A stretch of DNA of 64,000 nucleotides, taken from positions 512,001-576,000 of the forward strand of contig OZ219754.1 of assembly GCA_964291295.2 (NCBI GenBank), in the 5' to 3' direction. Position numbers and translations under genes: made by a program. Under the pieces are notes generated by a model. It saw only the letters and a program-made list of their open reading frames with translations. It ran no database searches and was not told where the DNA came from. The stretch is from an uncultured Candidatus Binatia bacterium (GTDB taxonomy: Bacteria; Desulfobacterota; Binatia; UBA9968; JAJDTQ01). Shown piece by piece: positions 50,597 through 60,327 of the stretch (its first letter is position 1; each line of letters opens with the position of its first letter).

Positions 50597-51598
50597 ATGC
50601 GCTTTTCGATTCACGGACCCGCCCGCAACGCCCACCAGATCACCCGCCGCGCCGCCGCCGCGGAGGCCTTGGGCTTCCATGCCCTGTTCTTTGCCGACGG
50701 TCATCTGAACAACCTGGACGGATTCCAGGCCATGACCGCGTGCGCGCTGCGAACCGAACGGCTTCGCTTCGGCACCGCCGTCACCACCATGGCCTATCGC
50801 GACCCCACGGCCCTGGCGTCATCCGCGGCCACGGCCAACGAGTTCTCCGGAGGGCGGGCGATACTCGGACTCGGAACCGGCGACGGCTCCACCTATCGGC
50901 TGGGACGCAGGGCCACGCCCCTCGCCGACTTCGGGGCCGGACTCGCCACCATCCGTGAACTGCTTCAGGGGCGTTCCATCGAAGTACCCCCCGGCAAGGA
51001 AGGCGCCGGCGCGGTCTCCCTCAACGCCGGCAGGATTCCGGTGCCGATCTACGTGGCCGCGGTGGGGCCCCGGAGCCTGCGGGTGGCCGGGCGCCATGCC
51101 GACGGCGTCATCCTGGGTACCGGGTTCGACCTGGACGTGCTGGCGTGGGCGCGGGCGCGCATCGCCGCCGGCGCCAGCGAGGGCGGCCGCGAGCCGTCCG
51201 CCATCGATATCGCACTGGCGGGGATGATCTGCGTGCATGAGGACGGCGACCGCGCCCGCGACCTGGTGCGCGTGCGCCTGGCCAACCGCGCCCACCACAA
51301 CTTCCGCTTCACCATGGAGACCGTGCCGTTGCGGGAGCGCGACGGCGTCCGGCGGTTCATGTCCGCCTTCGACATCAGCAGGCCGCTGGAGGAACGGGCG
51401 GACCCGGCGCTGATCACGGACTACCTGCTGCGGCGCTTCGCCATCGCCGGCACGCCGCGGGAATGCGCCGCCCGCATCCGGAAGCTGGCCGAGGCCGGCG
51501 TCTCCCACGTGCTGCTGACACCCCCCATGCGCGTGTTCGACGAAGTCGTGGAACTCTGGGGGCGCGAGGTCCTGCCGGCCTGCGCCGACACACCGTAA
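50597..51598 (+). CDS. LLM-class flavin/F420-dependent oxidoreductase
   Basis: TERLRFGTAVT, GRAILGLGTGD, IYVAAVGPR, AIAGTP. Confidence 0.9.
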   Translation: MRFSIHGPARNAHQITRRAAAAEALGFHALFFADGHLNNLDGFQAMTACALRTERLRFGTAVTTMAYRDPTALASSAATANEFSGGRAILGLGTGDGSTYRLGRRATPLADFGAGLATIRELLQGRSIEVPPGKEGAGAVSLNAGRIPVPIYVAAVGPRSLRVAGRHADGVILGTGFDLDVLAWARARIAAGASEGGREPSAIDIALAGMICVHEDGDRARDLVRVRLANRAHHNFRFTMETVPLRERDGVRRFMSAFDISRPLEERADPALITDYLLRRFAIAGTPRECAARIRKLAEAGVSHVLLTPPMRVFDEVVELWGREVLPACADTP

Positions 51599-51740
51599 GC
51601 CGACACCAGGGGGAAAGGCCCGTGCCGGACCCGGACCCCGCACCCGCGCGGACCTGGTGCGCACGTGGTGCCGCCCGCTTGTCGGATACCATGCCACGGG
51701 GCGGACGGTACGGTTCGCCAAGGCCCGATGCGGCGTCCCG

Positions 51741-51985
51741 TCACGAGTCGAGGCTGGCGGCGTTCCGCCACGGCCAGGAGAACAGCGCGGTGGCGGCGAC
51801 GGCACCGAGAAGCTGTGCGACAAGGAAAGCCGGCACGCTGTCCGGTGCGATGCCGGAAAAGGTATCGGTCAACGAACGTGCGCGGGTGACGGCCGGATTG
51901 GCGAAGGATGTCGAGGAAGTGAACCGGTATCCGGCGGCAATGAACAGACCCACCGCGCAGGGCACGACGGAAGGGCGCACTCCGC
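51741..51985 (-). pseudogene. Aquaporin/MIP-family C-terminal remnant
   Basis: AVGLFIAAGYRFTSSTSFANPAVTRARSLTDTFSGIAP...FLVAQLLGA. Confidence 0.78.
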
Positions 51986-52047
51986 CCTCACCGAGCGCGA
52001 TTCCGGCGCACCCGCGGATACGCCCGGCAACAGCCGGGGCACGGAGC

Positions 52048-53030
52048 CTACCGGCCGTTGCCGGCGCCCTCCCCGCTCGCCGCATGGGGGCCGTAGAGGT
52101 CCGTCTCCATGAGCTCCGCGGCGGCGGCGCCGGCGTCGGTGAGACGCAGGGTGCAGCGCGACTCCAGCATCCAGGCGCCATAGCCCTGGGGCACGTTCTC
52201 GGACGGGCCGTGATGCAGGACGCCCTTGGGGACGCAGGTCAACGTGCCCGGCTCGTTCACGCCGCCCCAGGCACCCGGTCCCTCGAAGTAGTAGATCAGT
52301 TCGTCGTAGTCCACGTTGTTGTGGATGGGCGGGCGGCGGCGGTGACGCGCGCTCAGATTGTAGAACAGTTCGTCCCGGCCGGGCGACGACATGAACTGCA
52401 CCGGCGGACCGTTGTCATCGGTGGGGACATCCCCGAGAGCCAGCTTCCACACCGGGCTGGGACCGTCCACAAGGGCCTGGGTGGCCAGCGGATTCGTCGG
52501 CTTGACGTACCGGGTCACGCCGTCAAACGACCTGAGCAGCCACACCGTCTCCACATCCTCGGCTTCACCCTCGCCGATGGTCGCGCGACGGAGTCCGGCA
52601 CCGAAGGTCGGCGACGGATCGAAACGGAGCGCACCCGGGGTCTCGACGATGACCGACAGACTGGACCCCGTCAGGGGCCGGACGCGGTAGGGGATGCCGC
52701 GGGGAATCACCACGAAGTCGCCCGGTGCCCCGGTAATCGTGCCGTAGGCGGTGCGGAATTCCAGCTCCCCCTCCTGCACGAAGTGCACCTCGTCAGCCTC
52801 GACGTTGGACACCACGAAGGGCATGGCGCGGGCGCGCCCGGAGACGCTGAGCCGGACGCCCGTGCGCCCGGCGTGGAAGACCACGGGCAGCGCCTCCGCC
52901 GCATCGCGTTCCGGCAGCGCCACGGCCGCCACATGGAGCCGGTGCGGCACATGCGGCCCCGTAACCGAGATGTAGTCCGGGCTGTGATGCATGCGGGTGA
53001 CGTTCACGCCGGTCCCGGCGAACCCGCCCC
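52048..53030 (-). CDS. Homogentisate 1,2-dioxygenase-like cupin, probably 5'-truncated
   Basis: NVEADEVHFV, GDFVVIPRG, PPIHNNVDYDE, HHGP; frame extends upstream of the GTG (RGGFAG) into an unrelated remnant. Confidence 0.7.
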
Positions 53031-53044
53031 GTGCTCCCGGCGGT

Positions 53045-53345
53045 GTGCATGGGGATGAAACCGTTGATGCCGCACACGGTCACCGTGCTCTGCCCGGGCC
53101 TGTAGCCCCGGCTGACGTGCCAGGGCTCCCAGGGACTCTTCTCCTCGTTCTCGCCAAAGCAGAAACTGTACTTGCCGGGCCAGCCGAAGGTGGCGCGGTC
53201 AGTGTCCCCCGGGTAGCCGCCGCCGATGGTGATGAGGATCAATCGGATGGCGCGGCCGATGGTCGCGTTGGCCCGGTGGCCGGGGCCGAATGCGCCGGCG
53301 TCGCTGTGGATGCCGAGAACGTTGCGGACCGGGCCGTTGACCAGC
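53045..53345 (-). pseudogene. Internal fragment of a conserved hypothetical protein (UGSC-associated type)
   Basis: LVNGPVR...FGPGHRANATIGRAIRLIL...FGWPGKYSFCFGENEEKSPWEP. Confidence 0.65.
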
Positions 53346-53562
53346 TCGAAAGAAGCGAACCAGGCCGTCGTATCGCCCGGACCGGCATCCGGGCTGCAAG
53401 AGATCCGTCAGCCCTTCATCACCTCGCGCAAAAACCCGTCCCTGACCAGCCGCTCGCGGTGAACACGCGTCAACTCGCCGGAGCGGAAGACCCGTGCCCT
53501 CGCTCCCGGAGCCTCCGGAGCTGCGCCAGCGACGCAGCCAGCTTCTCATTCGGTGTGGCCAT
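53346..53562 (-). pseudogene. Fic-family protein N-terminal remnant
   Basis: MATPNEKLAASL...[frameshift]RVFRSGELTRVHRERLVRDGFLREVMKG*...GDTTAWFASF. Confidence 0.7.
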
Positions 53563-53585
53563 GCCTGACTATCCGCGTGCTTTCA

Positions 53586-53681
53586 CAAGTTCAACGCGCC
53601 GCATCATTGCAAGTATAGGGTGCCGTAACCTGTCAAGTCCATGATGCCGTACATATACAAGTAAATTGCGATGTAGCACCA
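53586..53681. repeat. Degenerate 24-bp-period repeat array, 4 units
   Basis: CAAGT at 53586, 53610, 53634, 53658; YGCCGYA at offset +11 in three units. Confidence 0.8.
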
Positions 53682-53880
53682 CGTCTTTGCTGCAGAGCGA
53701 CGCCCGCGGGAAGCGTGAATTGCGGACGCCCCCAAGGGTAGGAATTACCAGTCTGGCAAGCTAAGATTGCCGCCGGACCCGATGCACGGCGGCGGCACAG
53801 CGGTGGAGACCGGATCGCCGGCGCCAGCCTTGGCTTCCGGAACCTTGACTTCCGGAAGTATCGCGGAAGAGTCGCAATCC

Positions 53881-56337
53881 ATGGACGCCCGACACATCCA
53901 GTTTCTGGATCTACTGGACGGACAGGTTCAGTACGTGGTGCCGCGCTGGCAACGCCGCTACCGCTGGGGCGAATCCGACATCGAACGGCTGGTCGCTGAT
54001 CTCTTGACGATTGCCGCTGCCGATTCCAGTGCGACGCACTACGGCGGCACCCTGCTCACCTTCCCGGACCCCGGCGCGGCCGGCGTGGTGAGGGCCATCC
54101 GGGTCGTCGACGGCCAGCAGCGGCTGACCACGGTGAGCATTCTGCTCGCCTCCATCGCGGCCGAACTCGGTTCCGGGGGCGACTGCGACGGCTGGACCCG
54201 GCAGATCATTCTCGACGACCGTTTGACCAATCCCGGCAAGCCACCGGAGAAACGCCGCAAGCTGCGGCTGCAGGACGGAGACGAGGAGGAGTACCGCCTC
54301 GGCCTTGAAGGTGCTCCGGCCGGTCTCGGCGCGGTTTCTCAAGCCTGGAGGATCGCCCGCCGTCTGGTGGCCGGAAACGACGTGGGCCTTCTGCTCAAGG
54401 GCCTCGGACGGCTGCGAGTGGTCAGCATCGGCCTCGACGACAGGGATGATCCACAGCAGATATTCGAGAGCCTGAACGCCACCGGCCGGCCGCTGACGGA
54501 GAGCGAGAAGGTCAAGAACTGGCTGCTCATGGGACTTCCCGATGCGGAGCAGCAGGACCTTCACGACAATGGGTGGCTGCGGATCGAGCGTCTTCTGGAC
54601 GCCAGGCATGCAAGCGAACGCACGGACATGTTCCTGCGGGATTTTCTTCGATGGCAGACGGGCCAGACCCACGGCATCGACCGTGTCTACGACGGGGTCC
54701 GCAGGTGGGCTTTGCAACATGGGCGGGACCGTGACCGGCCGGTGCTGTGCCGTGATCTCGCGCGTCTTGCCGGTCTCTACGGAATGATCACCGGCACGGC
54801 GCAGGGCCATGAGAACGTCAAGGTCGAACGGGAACTCCGGCATCTGCGCGAACTCGGAATTGATGTCCACCGGCCATTGACGCTGCGGCTGCTGAACGAC
54901 GCCGACGAGGACGACTTTGCGGGCGGCGGGGATGCGGCGCTCGCGAAGACGCTTGCCGGGATCGGCACGTGGATGACGCGGATGTGGCTGGCGGATCGCA
55001 AGACCGCCGGGACGAACACGGCGATTGCGGAACTCGCGCGTGAAACCGGACCCGATGGGGGCGCGGATCCTGCGGCGCACTGGCTCGAACGAATCGACCG
55101 GCTGCGGAACAGGCGCGCCGGGGTGCCGGGTGACGAGGACGTTCGGGAGGGCATGCGCACGCGGAAAGCCTACGGCGGAAGCGCGACCCGGAGCACGTTG
55201 GCGGTGCTGTGCGAATTGATGGAAGCCGAACACCGTGAAGAGGCGCCGGCGCGAGGCCGTCTGACCATCGAACACGTGATGCCGCAGAAGCTGACCGACG
55301 AGTGGAAACGCCATCTGGGAGACGACGCGGAAGCAATGCATGGGCGGTGGCGTGACCGCCTTGCGAATCTGACGCTGAGCGGGGACGCCACCAACTCGGG
55401 GATGGGCGCGAACACGTTTGACGCGAAGCGGGAGGTTTACCGCAACAGTTCCATCGGCATGACGCGGTTCATCGCCAACGAGAGCGAATGGAACGAGGCC
55501 GCGCTCGAGCGGCGCGCCGAAGACCTGGTGCGGCGGGGGCTCGCGCGCTGGCCATGGACCAGCCTGCCGGCGCGGCGTGCGGCGGCGAGGCCCCGTTGGC
55601 GGGTCGGGGACGGCCCCTGGCGGAGCGAAGCGGCGGCGAGCCAGATGGTTTTGAATGTCGCGGCGGAATTGCTGAACCGGGATCCTGCCAATGCGCGGAA
55701 ACTGTCGGGGCAGGCGATCATATCGAACATCCATCCGGCCGGACAGTATCCGCCGGGGACAACGGCAAACTCGATCACCACGCGCATGCGCGGCGTGCCG
55801 GGACACGAAGCGTATATGCTCTATCCCTACGGATCCCTACCGCGCCTAGCGCAACGATGCCGGGATATGGGCAGCCGATGCGGGGTCGCGGTGGAGGTCC
55901 AATTCGACGAGGACAGCACCACCCGGGAATTTTGGAAATTCCTCAAGGACCACGCGGGCGGCGTTCCGGGACAAAAGGATGATTGGCAAGGCCCCGTGCA
56001 GTGGTCGGTTCGAGAGGGCGGGCCGAGCGACTGTGTCGGAATCCATGTCGGCAACCCGGAGTTGCTGTGGCTCTGCATCAGATCGGGCGAGAGCCAGGCG
56101 TCCGGGGAAAGAGCGGCTCGAATGACCCGTTACTCCTGGATCATCCGCGAAAGCATGGGCGACCAGCAGATCGGAGACGACCTGGACGGGAACAGTGAGA
56201 AGGGCAGGAGCATAGCGGTCCGGAGGCCCTGGGTGGGCGATGACGAAGGCGAATGGCCCGATGCCGCCCAATGGATCCGGGAGCAATGCGACAGATTGCA
56301 CGGGATTGTGAGTGACAGCCGCGGCCATGCGTCATGA
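53881..56337 (+). CDS. GmrSD-like (DUF262-DUF1524) modification-dependent restriction protein with C-terminal extension
   Basis: VPRWQRRYRW, DGQQRLTT, IFESLNATGRPL, TIEHVMPQ...LANLTL...N; DUF4268-like tail. Confidence 0.9.
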   Translation: MDARHIQFLDLLDGQVQYVVPRWQRRYRWGESDIERLVADLLTIAAADSSATHYGGTLLTFPDPGAAGVVRAIRVVDGQQRLTTVSILLASIAAELGSGGDCDGWTRQIILDDRLTNPGKPPEKRRKLRLQDGDEEEYRLGLEGAPAGLGAVSQAWRIARRLVAGNDVGLLLKGLGRLRVVSIGLDDRDDPQQIFESLNATGRPLTESEKVKNWLLMGLPDAEQQDLHDNGWLRIERLLDARHASERTDMFLRDFLRWQTGQTHGIDRVYDGVRRWALQHGRDRDRPVLCRDLARLAGLYGMITGTAQGHENVKVERELRHLRELGIDVHRPLTLRLLNDADEDDFAGGGDAALAKTLAGIGTWMTRMWLADRKTAGTNTAIAELARETGPDGGADPAAHWLERIDRLRNRRAGVPGDEDVREGMRTRKAYGGSATRSTLAVLCELMEAEHREEAPARGRLTIEHVMPQKLTDEWKRHLGDDAEAMHGRWRDRLANLTLSGDATNSGMGANTFDAKREVYRNSSIGMTRFIANESEWNEAALERRAEDLVRRGLARWPWTSLPARRAAARPRWRVGDGPWRSEAAASQMVLNVAAELLNRDPANARKLSGQAIISNIHPAGQYPPGTTANSITTRMRGVPGHEAYMLYPYGSLPRLAQRCRDMGSRCGVAVEVQFDEDSTTREFWKFLKDHAGGVPGQKDDWQGPVQWSVREGGPSDCVGIHVGNPELLWLCIRSGESQASGERAARMTRYSWIIRESMGDQQIGDDLDGNSEKGRSIAVRRPWVGDDEGEWPDAAQWIREQCDRLHGIVSDSRGHAS

Positions 56338-56599
56338 AGCGGGGCGCTTCGATTCAAGGCGCGGAGTTCGAGGAACCGGATCCATGCGCGGGAGAACGGA
56401 GTTCGGCTGTCCAGGCGGCGTCATCCAGGTGGCTTCATGTCCGGACTCTTCCGACGCCACCCGGACGTGCCCGCCCGACGATGGCCGCATCAACTTCCGA
56501 TGAAGCCGAAAGAGAAATCGGCGGCCGGGAGAAGCCTCGGAAGCGGAGTGGACGAAGGGGTGGAAGAAACTTCAGGATCACAGCCGGGGGCAGGAATCC

Positions 56600-57469
56600 A
56601 TGGACTACTTTGAACCCAGGACCGTGAGCGAGGCGCTGTCGCTGCTGGAGCAGCGCGGCGGCCGGGCGGAGGTCATCGCCGGCGGCACCGACGTGATGGT
56701 GGACCTCAAGTACAAGGACGAGCCGGGATGTCTCGTGAACATCAAGCGGATCCCGGACCTGAATGCCATCCGCGCGGACACGGACGGCGTCCGCATCGGC
56801 CCGTTGGCCACCATCCACGAACTTGAGGAGAGCGACCTCGTGCGTGAGCGGCTGCCGCTTCTGTGGCAGGCCGCGCATCAGTTCGCCTCGCTGCAGATCC
56901 GGAACACGGCCACCATCGGCGGCAACATCTGCCGGGCCTCTCCTTCCGGCGAGACCCTGGCACCGCTGCTGGTGCTGGAGGCGGAGGCCGAGACGACCTT
57001 CTCCGACGGCGTCCGCACCGAGCCGTTCGACGCCTTCTTCCGGGGGCCGGGCGAGACGAGCCTCGGCTCCAGGGGGCTGTTGACGGACATCGCGGTGCCG
57101 TTCCCCGCCGCCGGAAGCCATGCCGTGTACCTCAAGCACGCGGTGCGCGGCCCCATGGACATCGCCATGGTGGGGGTGGCGGTGATGGCCACCGCCAATG
57201 CGGACAAGACCGCGCTGGACGACGTGCGCATCGGACTCGGGGCGGTGGCGCCAACGCCCATCCGCGCCGGCAGGACCGAGGCGCTGGTGAGCGGCAAGGC
57301 GCTGGACGCCGCCCTGCTGAAGGAAGCGGGGGCCTGCGCGGCTTCGGAATCGAGCCCCATTACCGATCAACGCAGCAGCGGCGAGTACCGCGGCTGGATC
57401 GTCGAAGCGCTGACACGGCGCGGGCTGGAACAGTGCTGGCAAGCTTTGACCGGCAAGGAGGTGGCGTGA
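56600..57469 (+). CDS. Xanthine dehydrogenase family FAD subunit
   Basis: AGGTD, QIRNTATIGGN, GAVAPTP. Confidence 0.92.
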   Translation: MDYFEPRTVSEALSLLEQRGGRAEVIAGGTDVMVDLKYKDEPGCLVNIKRIPDLNAIRADTDGVRIGPLATIHELEESDLVRERLPLLWQAAHQFASLQIRNTATIGGNICRASPSGETLAPLLVLEAEAETTFSDGVRTEPFDAFFRGPGETSLGSRGLLTDIAVPFPAAGSHAVYLKHAVRGPMDIAMVGVAVMATANADKTALDDVRIGLGAVAPTPIRAGRTEALVSGKALDAALLKEAGACAASESSPITDQRSSGEYRGWIVEALTRRGLEQCWQALTGKEVA

Positions 57470-57936
57470 TGAGCCTTGAGATCACACTGACGGTAAACGG
57501 CCGTTCCCATACGGCCGAACTGGAGCCGTCCACCGCGCTGGTGGACTTCCTGCGCGACACGCTGGGCTACAAGGGCGTCAAGCTCTGCTGCAACACGGGC
57601 GAGTGCGGCGCCTGCACCATTCTCATGAACGGCAAGCCGGTGAACTCCTGCGTGGTGCCGGGAGCGGACGCGGACGGAGCCGACCTGGTGACCGTGGAGG
57701 GCATCGCCGACGGCGACGCGCTCCACCCGGTCCAGCAGGCCTTCATCGACACCGGCGCGGTACAGTGCGGCTATTGTACCCCGGGTTTCATCGTCTCCCT
57801 CAAGGCGCTGCTCGACCGCACCGCGAACCCGACGGCGGAGGAGGTGGAGGAAGCCATCTCGGGCAACATCTGCCGGTGCACGGGCTACACCAAGATATTC
57901 GACGCCGTGGAGCTCGCGGCCAGGCGGATGGCGTGA
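57469..57936 (+). CDS. Xanthine dehydrogenase family [2Fe-2S] subunit
   Basis: [26 protein letters not shown]. Confidence 0.93.
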   Translation: MSLEITLTVNGRSHTAELEPSTALVDFLRDTLGYKGVKLCCNTGECGACTILMNGKPVNSCVVPGADADGADLVTVEGIADGDALHPVQQAFIDTGAVQCGYCTPGFIVSLKALLDRTANPTAEEVEEAISGNICRCTGYTKIFDAVELAARRMA

Positions 57937-57969
57937 ATCGCCGTCAACGGACGGGAAGGAGTCAGGCCC

Positions 57970-60255
57970 ATGGCAAAGGCTGAATACACGGTCCTGGGAA
58001 CCGACATGCCCCGCATGGGCGGGGTCGAGCGGGTGGTGGGCAAGGGCATCTACGGCATCGACCTGAACCTGCCCGACGCCCTGCGCGGCGGCGTGTTGCG
58101 GAGCGCGTACGCCCACGCGAAGATCGTCCGCATCGAAACCCGCGCGGCCCGGGCCATTGCCGGCGTGCGCGCGGTGGTGACCGCGGCGGACGCACCGGAC
58201 AAGCGCTACGGCCGGTCCCTTATCGACCGTTACATCCTCGCCAGGGACAAGGTCCGCTACATGGGCGACCCGGTGGCGGCGGTGGCGGCGGACAGCCCGG
58301 CGCTGGTCAAGGAAGCCCTTGGCAAGATCGAGGTGACCTACGAGCCGCTGCCGGTGGTGGTGGATCCCGAAGCGGCGATGCGAGAGTCCGCGCCCACCCT
58401 TCACGAGGACATGCCGCTGCCCGGGAACCTGCCGGAAGGCGTCCAGATCAAGAACGTCTGCGGCTACACCGGGGTGAACATCGGCGACGCCGAGGCGGCC
58501 ATGGCGGAAGCCGATGTGGTGGTGGACGAGGTCTACGAGACCCGGATGATCCATCCCCAATACCTGGAGCCGCGCATTGCCGCGGCCCGGCCCGAAGCGG
58601 ACGGCCGCATCACCGTCTGGGCCAACGCCCAGGCGCCGTTCCCGGTGCGCACGGAGGTCGCCAGCCTGACCGGACTGCCCCTGAACCGCGTGCGCGTCCT
58701 TTCCACCGATATCGGCGGCGGCTTCGGCGGCAAGGGCAGCGGGGTCACCTCCAGTGCCGGGCTCGAACCCATCTGCGCGCTGCTGGCGCTGACCGCCGGG
58801 CAGCCGGTGATGATGGTGCTGGACAAGGCCGAGGAGACCATCTCCACCACCATCCGCTCGGGCTGCAAGATCTGGATCAAGAGCGGTGCCAGAAAGGACG
58901 GCACGCTGGTGGCGCGCCAGGGCAAGGTGGTGTACGACGCCGGCGGATACTCGGGCTTCGGCAACCAGGCCGGAGGGCGGTGCACCCAGATGGTGGGCGG
59001 CTGGTACCGCCTGCCCAACATCCACATGGACGGCTTCACCGTCTACACCAACAAGCAGGTGTGCGGGCCGGTGCGTGGGCCGGGCGGCCCGCAGGCCGCC
59101 TTTGCCCTGGAATCCCACATGGACTCCATCGCCGCCGAACTGGGCATGGACCCCGTCGAATTCCGCTTGAAGAACGCCCCCGAAAAGGGCGACAGCGTCG
59201 TCGGCGTCCCCAAGCTGCGCGACAGCTCGCTGGCGGAGACCCTGAACATCGCCAGGGAGAAGATCGGCTGGGGCAAGGTCCGGCTCGGCAGGAATCAGGG
59301 TATCGGGTTCGCCACCGGCGCCTGGATCGAGGGCGCCGGCCCCGGCGGCGGCGCGGTGGTGAAGGTCAACGAGGACGGCTCCGCCACGGTGCACATCGGC
59401 AAGGTGGACTACGGCACCGCCGCCCGGTTCGGCATCCCCATGATCGTCGCCGAGGTGCTGGGTATCCGCACCGACGACGTGACGGTGCTGAACGTGGACA
59501 CCGACGCCAGCCCCTGGGACGCGGGCACGGTGGGCAGCCGCTCGATGCTGGTGTCCGGCAATGCCGTCAAGCTGGCGGCGGAGGACGCCCGCAAACAGAT
59601 CCTGCGCATGGCCGCGGGACAGCTCGAAGCGAGCGCGGAGGATCTGGAGATCGTCGACAGGCAGATCCGGGTCAAGGGCGCGCCCTCCCGGTCGGTGTCG
59701 CTGGCGTCGGTGTGCAACGCGGGGCACAACGAAATCGGGGACGTCATCGGGCGGGGCTATTTCGACTCCAAGGCTTCCCAGGCCGACGAGCGCGAGCGCG
59801 GCAGCTCCCAGCCCTTCACCACCCACGCCGCAATGGTGGAAGTGGACACCGACACCGGCAATGTGAAGGTGCTGAAGTACGTGGCGGTGCACGATGTCGG
59901 CTTCGTGGTCCACCCCAAGGCGGTGGAAGGCCAGATCGAGGGCGCCGCCGCCATGAGCCTGGGGCAGGCGTTGTGCGAGCAGGTGGTCCACGACGACCAG
60001 GGGCGCACCCTGAATCCGACCTTCGTCGACTACCTGATGCCGACCATCAACATGCTCCCGCGCATTGAGGCCATTACCGTGTCCGGCTACCCCGGGGCCG
60101 GCCCCTACGGCACCAAGGGTGCCGGCGAGATCGGCTCCGTGCCGCCCATGGCCTGCATCGCCAACGCCATCTGCCACGCCACCGGGGTGCGCGTCCGCAG
60201 GCTTCCGCTGAGTCCCGAGAACGTGCTGCGGGCGTTGCGGGAAGCCGGCAAATAG
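57970..60255 (+). CDS. Xanthine dehydrogenase family molybdopterin subunit
   Basis: IGGGFGGK, VRGPGGPQ, EGQIEG, KGAGE. Confidence 0.93.
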   Translation: MAKAEYTVLGTDMPRMGGVERVVGKGIYGIDLNLPDALRGGVLRSAYAHAKIVRIETRAARAIAGVRAVVTAADAPDKRYGRSLIDRYILARDKVRYMGDPVAAVAADSPALVKEALGKIEVTYEPLPVVVDPEAAMRESAPTLHEDMPLPGNLPEGVQIKNVCGYTGVNIGDAEAAMAEADVVVDEVYETRMIHPQYLEPRIAAARPEADGRITVWANAQAPFPVRTEVASLTGLPLNRVRVLSTDIGGGFGGKGSGVTSSAGLEPICALLALTAGQPVMMVLDKAEETISTTIRSGCKIWIKSGARKDGTLVARQGKVVYDAGGYSGFGNQAGGRCTQMVGGWYRLPNIHMDGFTVYTNKQVCGPVRGPGGPQAAFALESHMDSIAAELGMDPVEFRLKNAPEKGDSVVGVPKLRDSSLAETLNIAREKIGWGKVRLGRNQGIGFATGAWIEGAGPGGGAVVKVNEDGSATVHIGKVDYGTAARFGIPMIVAEVLGIRTDDVTVLNVDTDASPWDAGTVGSRSMLVSGNAVKLAAEDARKQILRMAAGQLEASAEDLEIVDRQIRVKGAPSRSVSLASVCNAGHNEIGDVIGRGYFDSKASQADERERGSSQPFTTHAAMVEVDTDTGNVKVLKYVAVHDVGFVVHPKAVEGQIEGAAAMSLGQALCEQVVHDDQGRTLNPTFVDYLMPTINMLPRIEAITVSGYPGAGPYGTKGAGEIGSVPPMACIANAICHATGVRVRRLPLSPENVLRALREAGK

Positions 60256-60268
60256 CCCGACTCCGGAT

Positions 60269-60313
60269 CGGGCGGCCGGTCGCATCCGGCAGTGAACCGC
60301 GACCGGCCGCCCG
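60269..60313. terminator. 15-bp-stem hairpin after the Mo-hydroxylase operon
   Basis: CGGGCGGCCGGTCGC...GCGACCGGCCGCCCG. Confidence 0.55.
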
Positions 60314-60327
60314 GCGGGTGAATCCGC

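Noticed and set aside
53405-53420. In-frame TGA in the Fic remnant as selenocysteine
   Set aside because: The position corresponds to a Trp (KGW) in a fragment that is also frameshifted, so it is a nonsense mutation.
53586-53681. CRISPR array
   Set aside because: 24-bp period with only 5-7 bp conserved blocks; no repeat-spacer structure.
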